Source: Spirochaetota bacterium
GTDB lineage: Bacteria > Spirochaetota > UBA4802 > UBA5550
Assembly (NCBI GenBank): GCA_963664815.2
Contig: CAXXHB010000003.1
Location: 3,776,001 to 3,840,000, forward strand
Direction of reading: 5' to 3'
DNA: 64,000 nucleotides
This document shows positions 20,979 to 31,394 of this stretch, piece after piece; the stretch's first letter is position 1, and each line of letters begins with the position of its first letter. The position numbers and the translations under genes were made by a program. The notes under the pieces were generated by a model that ran no database searches, had not been told where the DNA came from, and worked only from the letters and a program-made list of their open reading frames with translations.

Positions 20979-20999
20979 ATATATTCCCTCCGGAGTTTG

Positions 21000-23012
21000 C
21001 TATTGTTTACCGCCGCTGTTACCGCCGCCCATCTGATTATTCATCCAGTTCTGCTGTGATTTGGAGCCTGAGATTGATTTCTCCATGGTCGCAAATTTCT
21101 TTCTCAGTTTTTCTTCAAATGTTTTCAGATGTGTTTCATGTTTCTTTATTTTTTCATCTGCCATCTTTATTGACACATCTTCATATTCAATTTTTGATGC
21201 AATAATATTTTTCCCGGATGATATGTATGGATCTATTGTCCTGACAAGAGTATAAGCCATTCCGTTATCAATTTTATTATCACCATCGTTATCCGAACCG
21301 AAAAAACTTTTAACTCCTTCCGGATTTTCAAGAATTACCTTGCGTAATTCATCCTCATCCATTACAAGTTTTCCCTCTTTGATAGTTTGCCAGTTCGAAT
21401 TTACTTTCCCGGAAGAAACTCCCATCTGATTAAACATTTTGATCGGTTTTTCCTCTCTGCTGGGATATGCACCTCCAACTGAAGTTTTGATTGAATTCTC
21501 CAGCCTTACCATCATCATATCGCCGACAAGAATACCGCTTTCATCAAGCTTCTCCGACTGCCCTGGCTTGTCAACCTTAACTGTCTTTGTTAGACTTTTA
21601 TTAAGATCAACATATGAATTATATACTTCAATGAAAGCTTTTATTTTAAGGATCGGCTTATCTATATCCTGTAATGTTTTTAATTCAATGGGATTTTCCG
21701 ACTTCCTTTTAAGGTTCAAAGTCAGGCCTTTTATTACATCAGCAAGCGCGTCATTTTTATCCCTTTCAATTGCAAGCCCATCTACTTTCAGTTTGGCGTT
21801 AGATGCCTCTGCGACAACATTTTTTAACTCAAATTCCCCCTTGGTTTTAACCGGAGTAGATATAACAGGTTCTAAAAAAGAAGCCTCGCCATCATTACAG
21901 TAAAAAATCAGTTTTGAAATCTGTTTCCCGTCAAAATCTCTACCCACGGGTATTTCCTGCGTCTTCGCTGCATCCGCATCAATGGGGTAAATTTTTTCAA
22001 TTCTTTTACCTTTATCAATACTTACAACGCCCAATCCCGTAACAGAATCGAATTTCTTCTCCTCTTTCCTGGTCAACGGCCTCATTCTTGAAACATTATA
22101 CCCCTTAAGAATAATACCTTTAATATTAATCTCATCTTCAGGCCCGGTTTCAATCATGTAAGGAACATTCTCTTCAATTTCCTTTTTGTACCCGAACCCG
22201 AATCTCAGGGAACTGTCTTTATTAATATCAGTTTTTACCGGTATTTCAAACTCCTGCCATAGAAACCCGTTAATTTTTATACTCTTACCATCAGTTCCTA
22301 CATTGAGGGATCCATTCTGCCCTTCGGGTTTTTTTTCACCTTCATAGCCGGAGAAAAATTTCCTGTCAAAAACTACAGGTGTATCATCCTTGCTTTTAAT
22401 TTTTTCGCCAAGAATAAAACCCGCCTCTTTCAGCAGATCTTCACTCCCTCTGATTTTTATCTCACCTTTCTTACCGGGAATTTTAGATGTAAGCCCGATA
22501 ATATAATTTTTATCCCCGGTATTCACATAATCTGAAGAAACAATAGTTGAAGCCTCTTCGCTGATAAATTCATTTAAAAGTTTAAGCTTACCACCTTTAA
22601 AATTTATACTTTTTTCTAAACCGTTTACATCTATAATAATCTTTCCCGAAGGGAGTTTCTTTTCCGAATCAGTTTTGTCTGTAGATATTTTATGATAAGA
22701 TGCAAGCTGAATTACTTCAATTTTTTTTACACCAGGATCAGCCTGTTTTGATGCCGTGGCATCAACCACAGATGTATCGGATGAAATTGATTTTTTCTCA
22801 TCATACGAAGCTCTGAATCCGTACAAATCACGGGCCTTGCTGTCGAGTTCCTTAAGAGCTGAACTTAGCTTGCCTAAAGCTTCTTTTTTCTGATTATTTA
22901 CAAGCTTGTTTCTCTGAAGCTGCTTTATCGGCTGCGCTTCAACATCTACCAGCTTGCTTATGATGGAATCGGTATCCACTCCCGAAGCCATTCCGCCCAT
23001 TGTTACCGGCAT
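21000..23012 (-). CDS. fliD: Flagellar filament cap protein FliD
   Basis: GMASGVDTDSIISKLV N-terminus, IEVIQLA, DVIKGLTLNL and LRKKFATMEKSI C-terminus. Confidence 0.93.
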   Translation of the reverse strand: MPVTMGGMASGVDTDSIISKLVDVEAQPIKQLQRNKLVNNQKKEALGKLSSALKELDSKARDLYGFRASYDEKKSISSDTSVVDATASKQADPGVKKIEVIQLASYHKISTDKTDSEKKLPSGKIIIDVNGLEKSINFKGGKLKLLNEFISEEASTIVSSDYVNTGDKNYIIGLTSKIPGKKGEIKIRGSEDLLKEAGFILGEKIKSKDDTPVVFDRKFFSGYEGEKKPEGQNGSLNVGTDGKSIKINGFLWQEFEIPVKTDINKDSSLRFGFGYKKEIEENVPYMIETGPEDEINIKGIILKGYNVSRMRPLTRKEEKKFDSVTGLGVVSIDKGKRIEKIYPIDADAAKTQEIPVGRDFDGKQISKLIFYCNDGEASFLEPVISTPVKTKGEFELKNVVAEASNAKLKVDGLAIERDKNDALADVIKGLTLNLKRKSENPIELKTLQDIDKPILKIKAFIEVYNSYVDLNKSLTKTVKVDKPGQSEKLDESGILVGDMMMVRLENSIKTSVGGAYPSREEKPIKMFNQMGVSSGKVNSNWQTIKEGKLVMDEDELRKVILENPEGVKSFFGSDNDGDNKIDNGMAYTLVRTIDPYISSGKNIIASKIEYEDVSIKMADEKIKKHETHLKTFEEKLRKKFATMEKSISGSKSQQNWMNNQMGGGNSGGKQ

Positions 23013-23127
23013 TTTCCCCCCTTAAGATCTTTAAAACTCCGGCTTAATTTAATTATTAATATAACATTCATGCCGGTTAAAAACCACAAAAAGGATCGAA
23101 TTTGAAATCTGATTCTCTCCATTCATT

Positions 23128-23155
23128 ATATCGGAGTTATTTGAGTTATTTATTA
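23128..23155 (-). promoter_or_regulatory. sigma28 (FliA) promoter candidate for fliD
   Basis: Minus strand TAAT-N16-TCCGATAT versus consensus TAAA-N15/16-GCCGATAA/T. Confidence 0.55.
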
Positions 23156-23297
23156 GAATAAAGTGACATTAAAAAAAGAAAGGTGAGCATAAGTTGCCGG
23201 GAGCACTAAAAATCAACGTAATTCAGAAAGGATAATACTTTCACGCCCCGTATTTTCAACGGGTTTTTAAAAAAAGAATAAAAATCCAGCCTAAATC

Positions 23298-23648
23298 TTA
23301 TCTGGATTCATCAATAATAAATCCCATATTCTCCTTGAAATGCTCAAGAAGCCTGATGGAATATTTGCCAGGGATCTCACTTATTACTTCATTTGTATCC
23401 CTATCCATCACCTTGATTATCACCCTGTTTGTTTTATGATCAAGGGCAAATTGAACCTTTTCGTTAAAATTTCCACTTAATTTATTCAGTTCATCTACAA
23501 CCTTTTTTACATCTTCCGGGTCTATACTTTTCCTTTCATTCGGAATAGATTCTGATTGTACCGATTGATAAACTTTGTTTCCGTGAAATCCATTTCCGGA
23601 ACTTACTATCTTGCTGTTAAAATTTTCTACAAAATTTATAACATTCAT
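23298..23648 (-). CDS. flaG: Flagellar protein FlaG
   Basis: VVDELN...VQF...VIIKVMDRDTNEVISEIP...GFIIDE; lies between flagellin and fliD. Confidence 0.88.
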   Translation of the reverse strand: MNVINFVENFNSKIVSSGNGFHGNKVYQSVQSESIPNERKSIDPEDVKKVVDELNKLSGNFNEKVQFALDHKTNRVIIKVMDRDTNEVISEIPGKYSIRLLEHFKENMGFIIDESR

Positions 23649-23705
23649 AGTATACCTCCATGTTTAATAAAAACATTTTAAAATTATACATTCCTCCTGT
23701 TCAAA

Positions 23706-23743
23706 AAATTGTTCCCTCTCCGGTTTCCCGGACCGGAGAGGGA
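23706..23743 (-). terminator. Terminator after the second flagellin gene
   Basis: 12-bp stem TCCCTCTCCGGT/ACCGGAGAGGGA, followed by ACAATTTTTT on the minus strand. Confidence 0.65.
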
Positions 23744-23784
23744 GTCATAATACCGCACTGCCGGTTCATTGACTAAAAGTTTCC

Positions 23785-24627
23785 TTATTCTAACAGTTTC
23801 ATAATAAGCTTAGGCTTGAAATTCGCCTGAGCCAACATCGCAACACCAGTCTGAACAAGGATCTCATCCTTCGTAAAATTAACCATTTCTGCTGCCATAT
23901 CTACATCACGTATTCTTGAATCAGCAGCCTCCATATTCTCATAATTAAGAGACAGCGCTTTTATTGTATTCTCCAGCCTGTTATAATATGCTCCAAGGTC
24001 TGCCCTTTGTCTATTAAGCTTCTCCAAAGCTCCGTCGACATGCCCTATCATGGAGTTCGCCTGCCCGACCGTAGAAATTGAACGCTTCTTACTGTTCTCT
24101 ATTAAATTCAAGGCCTTTGCGCTCATGGTTCCTATGAAAACTCTGATCCTCTGATTACTGTTTGCCCCAACATGAAAAAACATGCTCGCGGTTTTACTTG
24201 TTTTTGCAAATGATCCCGTTAGCATCTTCAACCTGTTGAATTCAGCAGATGTTGAAATACGGTCAATCTCATCAATAAGCTGAGAGACTTCAACCTGGAT
24301 CTGCATCCTGTCGCCGTTGGAATATATTCCATTGGCAGACTGAACCGCAAGAGACCGTACACGCTGCATAATATCGTTAAGCTGCTGGAAAGAACCTTCC
24401 GCGACCTGAATAAAAGAAATCCCGTTCTGGGCGTTCTTTTCCGCCTGTACAAGACCATGAATCTGAGTTCTCATCTTTTCAGATACGGCAAGTCCGGATG
24501 CATCATCCCCCGCCCTGTTTATCATCTCACCGGACGCCAGCTTTTCAATAGACTTATCAAGTCTTGCAGCTACATTCTGCATCTGCCTGTTGGCAAATAT
24601 GGCACTCATGTTATGATTGATTCTCAT
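23785..24627 (-). CDS. flaB: Flagellin (spirochaete FlaB core protein)
   Basis: [34 protein letters not shown] and [12 protein letters not shown]. Confidence 0.95.
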   Translation of the reverse strand: MRINHNMSAIFANRQMQNVAARLDKSIEKLASGEMINRAGDDASGLAVSEKMRTQIHGLVQAEKNAQNGISFIQVAEGSFQQLNDIMQRVRSLAVQSANGIYSNGDRMQIQVEVSQLIDEIDRISTSAEFNRLKMLTGSFAKTSKTASMFFHVGANSNQRIRVFIGTMSAKALNLIENSKKRSISTVGQANSMIGHVDGALEKLNRQRADLGAYYNRLENTIKALSLNYENMEAADSRIRDVDMAAEMVNFTKDEILVQTGVAMLAQANFKPKLIMKLLE

Positions 24628-24955
24628 GTTAACCCTCCCTTGGTTTTTTCAAAGCTGCCATTCTTTTATATATACAGCTAAAGTTTTTCAGACGCAACAT
24701 CATGCTGCTGTCTGAGGCTGTTAAGCCCGAAGGTTTTCTCCTTTTAATGTTGCCGGATTGCCCATAATCCATGCAACCATAGACTGCCGAAAATTCTCCG
24801 GCAGTCTATGATGCCCTCCCGGCATCACAGACTGCCGGAAAACCGGCATGTTTGCATGGAATGAAACAATCCGGTTCCGCCAGGAAGGCACAAGAACCGG
24901 TTAATTTTCAAAGAACAAGTACTCAATTGTACTTCTTCAACTGTATAATGCATAA

Positions 24956-25810
24956 CTAGACAGAACCAAGCAGCCTGAGAACAGATTGACTATTATTATT
25001 CGCATGTGCTAACATTGCGGTACCGCTTTGTACAAGTACCTGATCTTTGGTAAAGCTTACCATCTCTTCAGCCATATCAGCATCTCTTATACGGGACTCA
25101 GATGCCTGGATATTTTCATACGCAGTCATGAGTCCTTTAGCGGCAAAATCAAGCCTGTTAAAATAAGCGCCGAGGTCCGCCCTCTGCTTTGAAAGTCTCT
25201 GCAGTGCGTTATCGAGAACACCAATTGCACCGTTAGAACCTTCCGGCGATTCAAGCGACAAAGCAATTTTTCCTGTGCCATCCTTGAACTTAAAAGACGC
25301 AGCAGTCATAGTCCCAATGTACACTCTCTCCCTCTGGTTCTGATTGGCTCCCATATGAAACCACATGCTTCCCTTGGGGTTTACCTTTGAGAATTCCCCC
25401 ATCAGGACTTTGAATCTGTTGAATTCAGCCTGAGAGGCAACTCTGTCTACTTCACCAACAAGGGCAGATACTTCCACCTGGATAAGCTGTCTGTCTTCAT
25501 GGCTGTAAATACCATTAGCAGACTGGATAGCCAGAACTCTTACCCTCTGGATGATTGCTGATGTCTGATTGAGATATCCTTCAGCCGTCTGGACAAAAGA
25601 CATACCGTCTTCTGTATTCCTTTCAGCCTGTCTGAGCCCATTGACCTGGGTCCTCATTTTTTCAGATACTGCAAGTCCTGACGCATCATCACCAGCTTTG
25701 TTGATTCTTTCTCCTGAAGAGAGTCTTTCCATACTCTTATCTACGTTCCAGTGAGAAAATTTTAATGATCTGTTCGCATTTACCGCGCTCATGTTGTGAT
25801 TGATAATCAT
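24956..25810 (-). CDS. flaB: Flagellin (spirochaete FlaB core protein)
   Basis: Start reassigned to MIINHN at 25810 (AAGGAG RBS); [21 protein letters not shown] is Leptospira FlaB-like. Confidence 0.95.
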   Translation of the reverse strand: MIINHNMSAVNANRSLKFSHWNVDKSMERLSSGERINKAGDDASGLAVSEKMRTQVNGLRQAERNTEDGMSFVQTAEGYLNQTSAIIQRVRVLAIQSANGIYSHEDRQLIQVEVSALVGEVDRVASQAEFNRFKVLMGEFSKVNPKGSMWFHMGANQNQRERVYIGTMTAASFKFKDGTGKIALSLESPEGSNGAIGVLDNALQRLSKQRADLGAYFNRLDFAAKGLMTAYENIQASESRIRDADMAEEMVSFTKDQVLVQSGTAMLAHANNNSQSVLRLLGSV

Positions 25811-26451
25811 GTTACACTCCTTTGTTTCTGTTTGTTTCCGGCTTCCTTGCCGGACTGATTCCGAAGGCAGTCGGAAATCAGTCATTTAACTCCGGTTTTA
25901 AAGGCTATCTGACAACAACCGGGATTTTATCATGGACTTCAGAATACGTCCTGAAGCTCATAAAAGAGATCGAGCAGGCAGTATTTACGCTATTATACAG
26001 TTTTCAAAGAACAATAAGCCAGGGGAGACCTTCCCCTGTTCGTATTTTCGCTACCTCTGGCATCTAAATTAAGCCTGATTATATCCATTTATATATGTTT
26101 ATAGATGTTTATATAGATATATATCTACTTTTTAATCGTTTATATCTATATGCCATTTTTTTTCATATTCTCATAATTTTTTTCAATATTAAAAGAACAA
26201 ATCATAATGCAAAACAGAATGCCTCAACAGAATTAGATGAACGGATACATCACAATTAAAATCTTTCATCTTCAATATAAAGCATCAATGAAACCGATCC
26301 CAGATTAAAAAAACTTTGACTATCGAGTAAGGTATCTTCATAAGATATTACTTTTATGGAGACATATAAACTAACTCGATTTCGACTTAAAATAAAATAT
26401 TGACAGTATAAAAAAAGTTATATGAATTGTTTGAAGTAAAATGGTGACATA

Positions 26452-27687
26452 ATGGATGATAGAAAATATATAATACTGCTCGGTGATGGAATGGCCGATC
26501 TCCCGCTTGATGAGCTTGGCGGTAAAACAATTCTTGAATTTTGCAGAACTCCAAACATGGATTTTATGGCACGTAATGGTGTTACAGGTATGACAAAGAC
26601 TGTTCCGAATGGCATGCCACCCGGCAGCGATACTGCCAATCTTTCAATTTTCGGATATGACCCTGCAAAGTGCTTTTCAGGCAGAGCCCCTCTTGAGGCA
26701 ATAAATCTTGGTATCGAACTGGGGCCTAACGATACAGCCTTCCGCTGCAACATAGTTAATGCAGCAGACGGAGTGATGAACGACTTTACCTCAGGGCACA
26801 TCGACACACGGCTTTCGGAGATTATTATAGAAGAGATAATAAATAATACTTCCTTTACAGGAATTGAGTTTTATCCCGGAGTATCATACAGAAACATTAT
26901 GGTATGGAGAAACTACCCCTACAGTGAAATTACAGATACAACTCCACCTCATGATATCCAGACCGAAAAAACCGCCAATTACCTACCTGCAGGATACGGT
27001 TCTGATGTATTGTGTGAATTGATGTCTATTTCAAAATCGATCATCTCAGGTTCTGACGCTGTTAAAAAAGGCCTCAATAAATACCAGGGCTATCCTGAAT
27101 CGATCTGGCTATGGGGTGGCGGCAGGAGACCATCCATGAACACATTGATGGAAAGATATGGATTGTATGGACATACTATTTCAGCAGTAGATCTTATTCA
27201 CGGAATAGGAAAAGCAGCTGGACTCACACCGCTTCACGTTGACGGAGCAACCGGGTACATCGACACCAATTACAGAGGTAAAGCCGATACCCTGCTTAAT
27301 TCACTTGGTGATTCAAATTTTATTTTTCTCCATGTTGAATCTCCAGATGAATCCGGACATGAGGGCAACATTGAGCATAAAATAAAATCCATTGAAGATT
27401 TTGATGCGCAGATTGTTGGTACAATTCTTGATGGGATGAAAAAGTACCCTGATTATACGATACTCGTTATGCCTGACCATCCGACACCGGTTAATATTAG
27501 AACTCATACTCCAGACCCGGTTCCGTTTTGCATATACAGCTATAGCGAAAAATTTCAAGACAGGTTTAAAAAAGAACGGAGAGCATTCAAAGCTGCATCC
27601 TTCTGTGAAAAGGACGCCACATCAACAGGTCTCTTTATTGACCATGCACATGATATACTTAAAATAATGATAAAAGGTTCCATATAA
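26452..27687 (+). CDS. apgM: Cofactor-independent phosphoglycerate mutase (ApgM family)
   Basis: GDGMAD, TPNMD, PGSDTANLS, GRAPLEA, HVESPDESGH and PDHPTP. Confidence 0.88.
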   Translation: MDDRKYIILLGDGMADLPLDELGGKTILEFCRTPNMDFMARNGVTGMTKTVPNGMPPGSDTANLSIFGYDPAKCFSGRAPLEAINLGIELGPNDTAFRCNIVNAADGVMNDFTSGHIDTRLSEIIIEEIINNTSFTGIEFYPGVSYRNIMVWRNYPYSEITDTTPPHDIQTEKTANYLPAGYGSDVLCELMSISKSIISGSDAVKKGLNKYQGYPESIWLWGGGRRPSMNTLMERYGLYGHTISAVDLIHGIGKAAGLTPLHVDGATGYIDTNYRGKADTLLNSLGDSNFIFLHVESPDESGHEGNIEHKIKSIEDFDAQIVGTILDGMKKYPDYTILVMPDHPTPVNIRTHTPDPVPFCIYSYSEKFQDRFKKERRAFKAASFCEKDATSTGLFIDHAHDILKIMIKGSI

Positions 27688-27711
27688 ATTTTAGAAAAGA
27701 GGTACTAAAGA

Positions 27712-29187
27712 GTGTTTAAAAAATCTGCCATTATTTCAGCTATAGTAATTGCCATTGCTGTATTCTTCACAATCCTGTTTTTCATAACCAGAGATAAAAC
27801 TGTCGAATCAGCCATCAGAGATTACGAGAATGGCAATTACGTTGATGCGATTATATCTCTCAACAGTTTTATAAAAACTGCAAATTATGAAGACGGGGAA
27901 AAAATCTACTTTTACAGATGTAAATCTCTCAACACACTGGCCGAAAAACTTGCAGAAGACTTTGATGATGAACTGAAAGATTCGGCACTTGAAAACAAGG
28001 AAAAGCCTGAATTTGAAAAATATAAGAACAAAATTGAGAAAAAGCTTTCACGTATCAACAGCAAAACAGGTGGTGATCTTGAATTTATACCTGCCGCAAA
28101 AAAAAGCAGGATAGCACCTAAAGGACTATTCTATAACGAATTCGCATCGAGATATCGTGGAAGCCAGTTTATTGAAGACCTCGATTTTTATGAAATTAAA
28201 AAATCAACGGCTTCTGACCAGGGTAGAGTTTTTGATCATATGAACAGGTTTTATAAGAAGTATCCCGGATCAAACTATACACCACAGATGATATCAATCA
28301 TTTTTAACGCCATAAGGGACGGTGCTTCCGGCATGGAAGCAAACAGCGAGTTTTTGAAAAATATAATTTTCAATTACGCTGCCAAATACCCGACAAGCCA
28401 GGAGGTGTCCCGCCTGTATACATCGGCCGGAGACAGCGTTAACCTGCGAAATTCACCGGGAGTATCCGGAGCTCTTGCAGGTAAAACCGTGAAAGATGAA
28501 CTTCTTGTCCAGATAGAAAAATCAATGGATATGATGCAGGTTGGTGAATCAAGAGATTACTGGTACAAGGTATCAACACTTCGCGGCGTTAAGGGATGGA
28601 TTTTCGGAAAATTTCTGAGACCTCTTGACGTTCAAAGCATAACCATTTCGAATCAGATGGAAATATGGAATGTGGAGGATTATTTCGCAGCATGGTCTGA
28701 TTCACATACACCTGAAAACTGGAACCATGTAAAAGATGCTGATTCTACCACTATCAGCTTTAAAAAAGTTGCATCGGGAAACATTGTAGTATTTAATTCA
28801 AAAGGTATTGCGACTGCCGGACTTTACAGCAGACTCAACACATCAAGAAACTTCAAATTACTGATAAGAGGAAGATTCATCTCCGGCGCACCGGTTTTTC
28901 TTGCTGTTTACTCCATGGAAAGAAGTGAACACTATTATATTAAACTTGAAAGTGAAAAAGTTGACGTAAACGGCCGCAGCATACCAATACACGGAACAGA
29001 CTGGCATAATTACGAACTGGCCTCGGAAGACGGAAAATTTGCCACATTTTCAATCGACGGACAGATGGTTTCTGGACGAATACCAACAGTTACTGACAAT
29101 ACATTCAATGATCGCGGAATTTATATTCTCTATCAGTACGCAGGCGGTGTATCTTCATGCGAGGTTGAGTTTATTAAGATCAGATGA
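27712..29187 (+). CDS. Membrane-anchored SH3b-domain protein
   Basis: N-terminal TM; VNLRNSPG...WYKV....GWIFGKFL SH3b signature; helical region before it and beta-rich domain after it. Confidence 0.75.
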   Translation: MFKKSAIISAIVIAIAVFFTILFFITRDKTVESAIRDYENGNYVDAIISLNSFIKTANYEDGEKIYFYRCKSLNTLAEKLAEDFDDELKDSALENKEKPEFEKYKNKIEKKLSRINSKTGGDLEFIPAAKKSRIAPKGLFYNEFASRYRGSQFIEDLDFYEIKKSTASDQGRVFDHMNRFYKKYPGSNYTPQMISIIFNAIRDGASGMEANSEFLKNIIFNYAAKYPTSQEVSRLYTSAGDSVNLRNSPGVSGALAGKTVKDELLVQIEKSMDMMQVGESRDYWYKVSTLRGVKGWIFGKFLRPLDVQSITISNQMEIWNVEDYFAAWSDSHTPENWNHVKDADSTTISFKKVASGNIVVFNSKGIATAGLYSRLNTSRNFKLLIRGRFISGAPVFLAVYSMERSEHYYIKLESEKVDVNGRSIPIHGTDWHNYELASEDGKFATFSIDGQMVSGRIPTVTDNTFNDRGIYILYQYAGGVSSCEVEFIKIR

Positions 29188-29244
29188 TTCTTTATTATGA
29201 AGCAGTATTTTAATCATATAAATAATTATATTAACAAATATTTC

Positions 29245-29326
29245 CCGTTAGGGGTGCCACTATAAAGTCCTCGCTGAGATTATGCTCTGATGACCTGATC
29301 CGGTTAATACCGGCGGAGGGAAACGG
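29245..29326 (+). ncRNA. TPP riboswitch aptamer
   Basis: AGGGGTGC...GCTGAGA...ACCTGATCCGGTTAATACCGGCGGAGGGA with P1 CCGTT/AACGG. Confidence 0.88.
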
Positions 29327-29337
29327 TTACTATAATG

Positions 29338-29374
29338 CTGTTTTGAACGTCTGTATTACAGATATTCAAAACAG
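29338..29374. terminator. Long hairpin directly after the TPP aptamer
   Basis: CTGTTTTGAA-CGTCTGTA-T-TACAGATA-TTCAAAACAG; no clear U-tract on either strand. Confidence 0.5.
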
Positions 29375-29477
29375 TTACACTATTAGGCCGCTAACCTCCA
29401 CGCAGTTTTAATATTATTAAATAAATGGCGAAAGAATACCACAGAAAACAATTATCACACAGACCTTAGTGGAAAGC

Positions 29478-31394
29478 TTAACTGTACATTTTATCTATTG
29501 CTTCTGCATATTTATCAATCACTACTTTACGCTTAACCTTCAGCGTCGGAGTCATCTCTCCATCATTAACAGTGAGCCTCCTCGTGAGAATTGTATACTT
29601 CTTAATTGATTCATACTCCTCAAGTTCTTTATTAACTGCCTGAATATCAATATCAATCATCTTTTTAAGAATAGCCTTCTCTACAAAATCATTTCCGACG
29701 GCCATGCACATAGGGGCAGGGTCTGTTATTTTAAAAAGCTTGGATTTATCGTAATCAATTTTCTCTTTTTCAAAAAGTTCAATAAACGCATCGAAATTCG
29801 GTATTACAAGTGCTGAAATGAATTTCCTTTCACTTCCGACCGGTACAACGATATCAATCCATTTACTTAATGAGAATTTTCCTTCAATCTTATTAGATGC
29901 AACATTCTTGCCTGTATCAAGTACCATCAAGCCTTTCTTGCGGTCAACTATCCTGATATAACCGTCAGCGATCTCTTCCACTATATCTCCGGTTTTATAG
30001 TAACCATCGTCAGTAAATGCCTCTTTAGTAGCTTCCGGGTTATTCCAATACCCTGAAAAAATATTGTCTCCGCGAACCTGCCACTCTCCGTCTTCTGCTA
30101 TTCTGCCTTCAACACCGATGCATGCACATCCTACCGAACCTGGAAGAACCTTAATATCCCAATTCAGGTTGATTGTATTCCACGTCTCCGTGGCGCCATA
30201 ACCCTCAAATATCCGCACACCCATTGCCATGTATGTCCTGCATAGATCTGCCGGGAGGCTCCCCGCCGCCGAGAATGCAAACCTGTACCGCCCTCCAAGC
30301 AGATGCCTTACTTTTGAATAAACAAGTTTATCGAAAAGCTTATATTTGAATTTAAGCCAGAAGCCCAGGCCTTCAGTAAAATCAGCTCCTTCATGCATAT
30401 CGATAAATCCCTTCGTATCGCTACGTTTGTTCACTACCTTTAGCCCTGTATTAATCGCTCCTTCAAAGATTCTTTTCTTTAATGCAGATTTTGATGTCTG
30501 TTCCCTCATTGCCATATAGATCCTTTCGTAAATTCGCGGCACAGACATAAAAATAGTAGGCTTAAATATCTGAAGATCCTCCACTATTGTTACCGGTGAT
30601 GAATATGCAATAGTCGAAGCCGTCATCATTGCTATACCATGTCCACACTCTCTTTCATACGTATGAGCAAGCGGCAGGAAGGAAAGACATACTTCATTAT
30701 CACCATAAAAAGGAACCTGCTTCATATCCCTGCAGCATGCAGTATTAAAACTGTGATGTGTATGTACAACACCTTTGGGCATTCCTGTTGTACCTGAAGT
30801 ATACACGATTGTCATAAGATCAGTAATGACTACTGATCTCCATCGATGTTCAAATTCATTTCTGTCTTTTGTAAGGATATATATACCCGCCTTTCTCATC
30901 TCTGCAAAATTGGTTACATTATTCTCTGCGTCCGATGTTGTATCGTTCATCATTATAATTTTCTGCAAAGAAGGTGCTGTTTTTTTAACAGCAAGTATTT
31001 TTTTCATCATCATTTCATCCTGGACATAGATAACCTTTGCCCCGGAATCATTAAGTATAAAATTAATCTCGCTTTCCGACAGTGTCGGGTAGATGCAGAC
31101 AGTTACACCACCGGCGCAGAGAATTGAATAATCAGCCCATACCCACTGAGGGGCTGTCTGGCTAATTATTGCGGCCCGATCACCCTTGTTAAAACCTATA
31201 CTTATAAGCCCTGAAGAAAGCTCCTTCACTTTTCGCCAGACTTCTGAGTATGTATTCTCCGCTGTATCTGATTTTCCTGTTCGCCACCATTGAAACCTTC
31301 TGTCACCAAACATTACAGCGTTTCTATGTAGTATTTCGGGACATGTAATTTCCTGTATATACCATCTCTGGCTGACAGTTTTTTCTGACTTCAT
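29478..31394 (-). CDS. Long-chain fatty acid--CoA ligase (AMP-binding)
   Basis: YTSGTTGMPKG, SFLPLAH, EGYGATET, YKTGD and MTPTLKVKR; start moved to MKSEK with GGAGGAGG RBS. Confidence 0.92.
   Translation of the reverse strand: MKSEKTVSQRWYIQEITCPEILHRNAVMFGDRRFQWWRTGKSDTAENTYSEVWRKVKELSSGLISIGFNKGDRAAIISQTAPQWVWADYSILCAGGVTVCIYPTLSESEINFILNDSGAKVIYVQDEMMMKKILAVKKTAPSLQKIIMMNDTTSDAENNVTNFAEMRKAGIYILTKDRNEFEHRWRSVVITDLMTIVYTSGTTGMPKGVVHTHHSFNTACCRDMKQVPFYGDNEVCLSFLPLAHTYERECGHGIAMMTASTIAYSSPVTIVEDLQIFKPTIFMSVPRIYERIYMAMREQTSKSALKKRIFEGAINTGLKVVNKRSDTKGFIDMHEGADFTEGLGFWLKFKYKLFDKLVYSKVRHLLGGRYRFAFSAAGSLPADLCRTYMAMGVRIFEGYGATETWNTINLNWDIKVLPGSVGCACIGVEGRIAEDGEWQVRGDNIFSGYWNNPEATKEAFTDDGYYKTGDIVEEIADGYIRIVDRKKGLMVLDTGKNVASNKIEGKFSLSKWIDIVVPVGSERKFISALVIPNFDAFIELFEKEKIDYDKSKLFKITDPAPMCMAVGNDFVEKAILKKMIDIDIQAVNKELEEYESIKKYTILTRRLTVNDGEMTPTLKVKRKVVIDKYAEAIDKMYS

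Noticed and set aside
25811-25885. 25-aa N-terminal extension of flagellin in the ORF track
   Set aside because: The conserved flagellin start MIINHN has its own AAGGAG RBS; the extension is the structured 5' UTR.
26088-26128. TATAGATGTTTATA-like low-complexity repeats
   Set aside because: Two to three degenerate AT-rich units with no spacers; not CRISPR and not clearly an operator.
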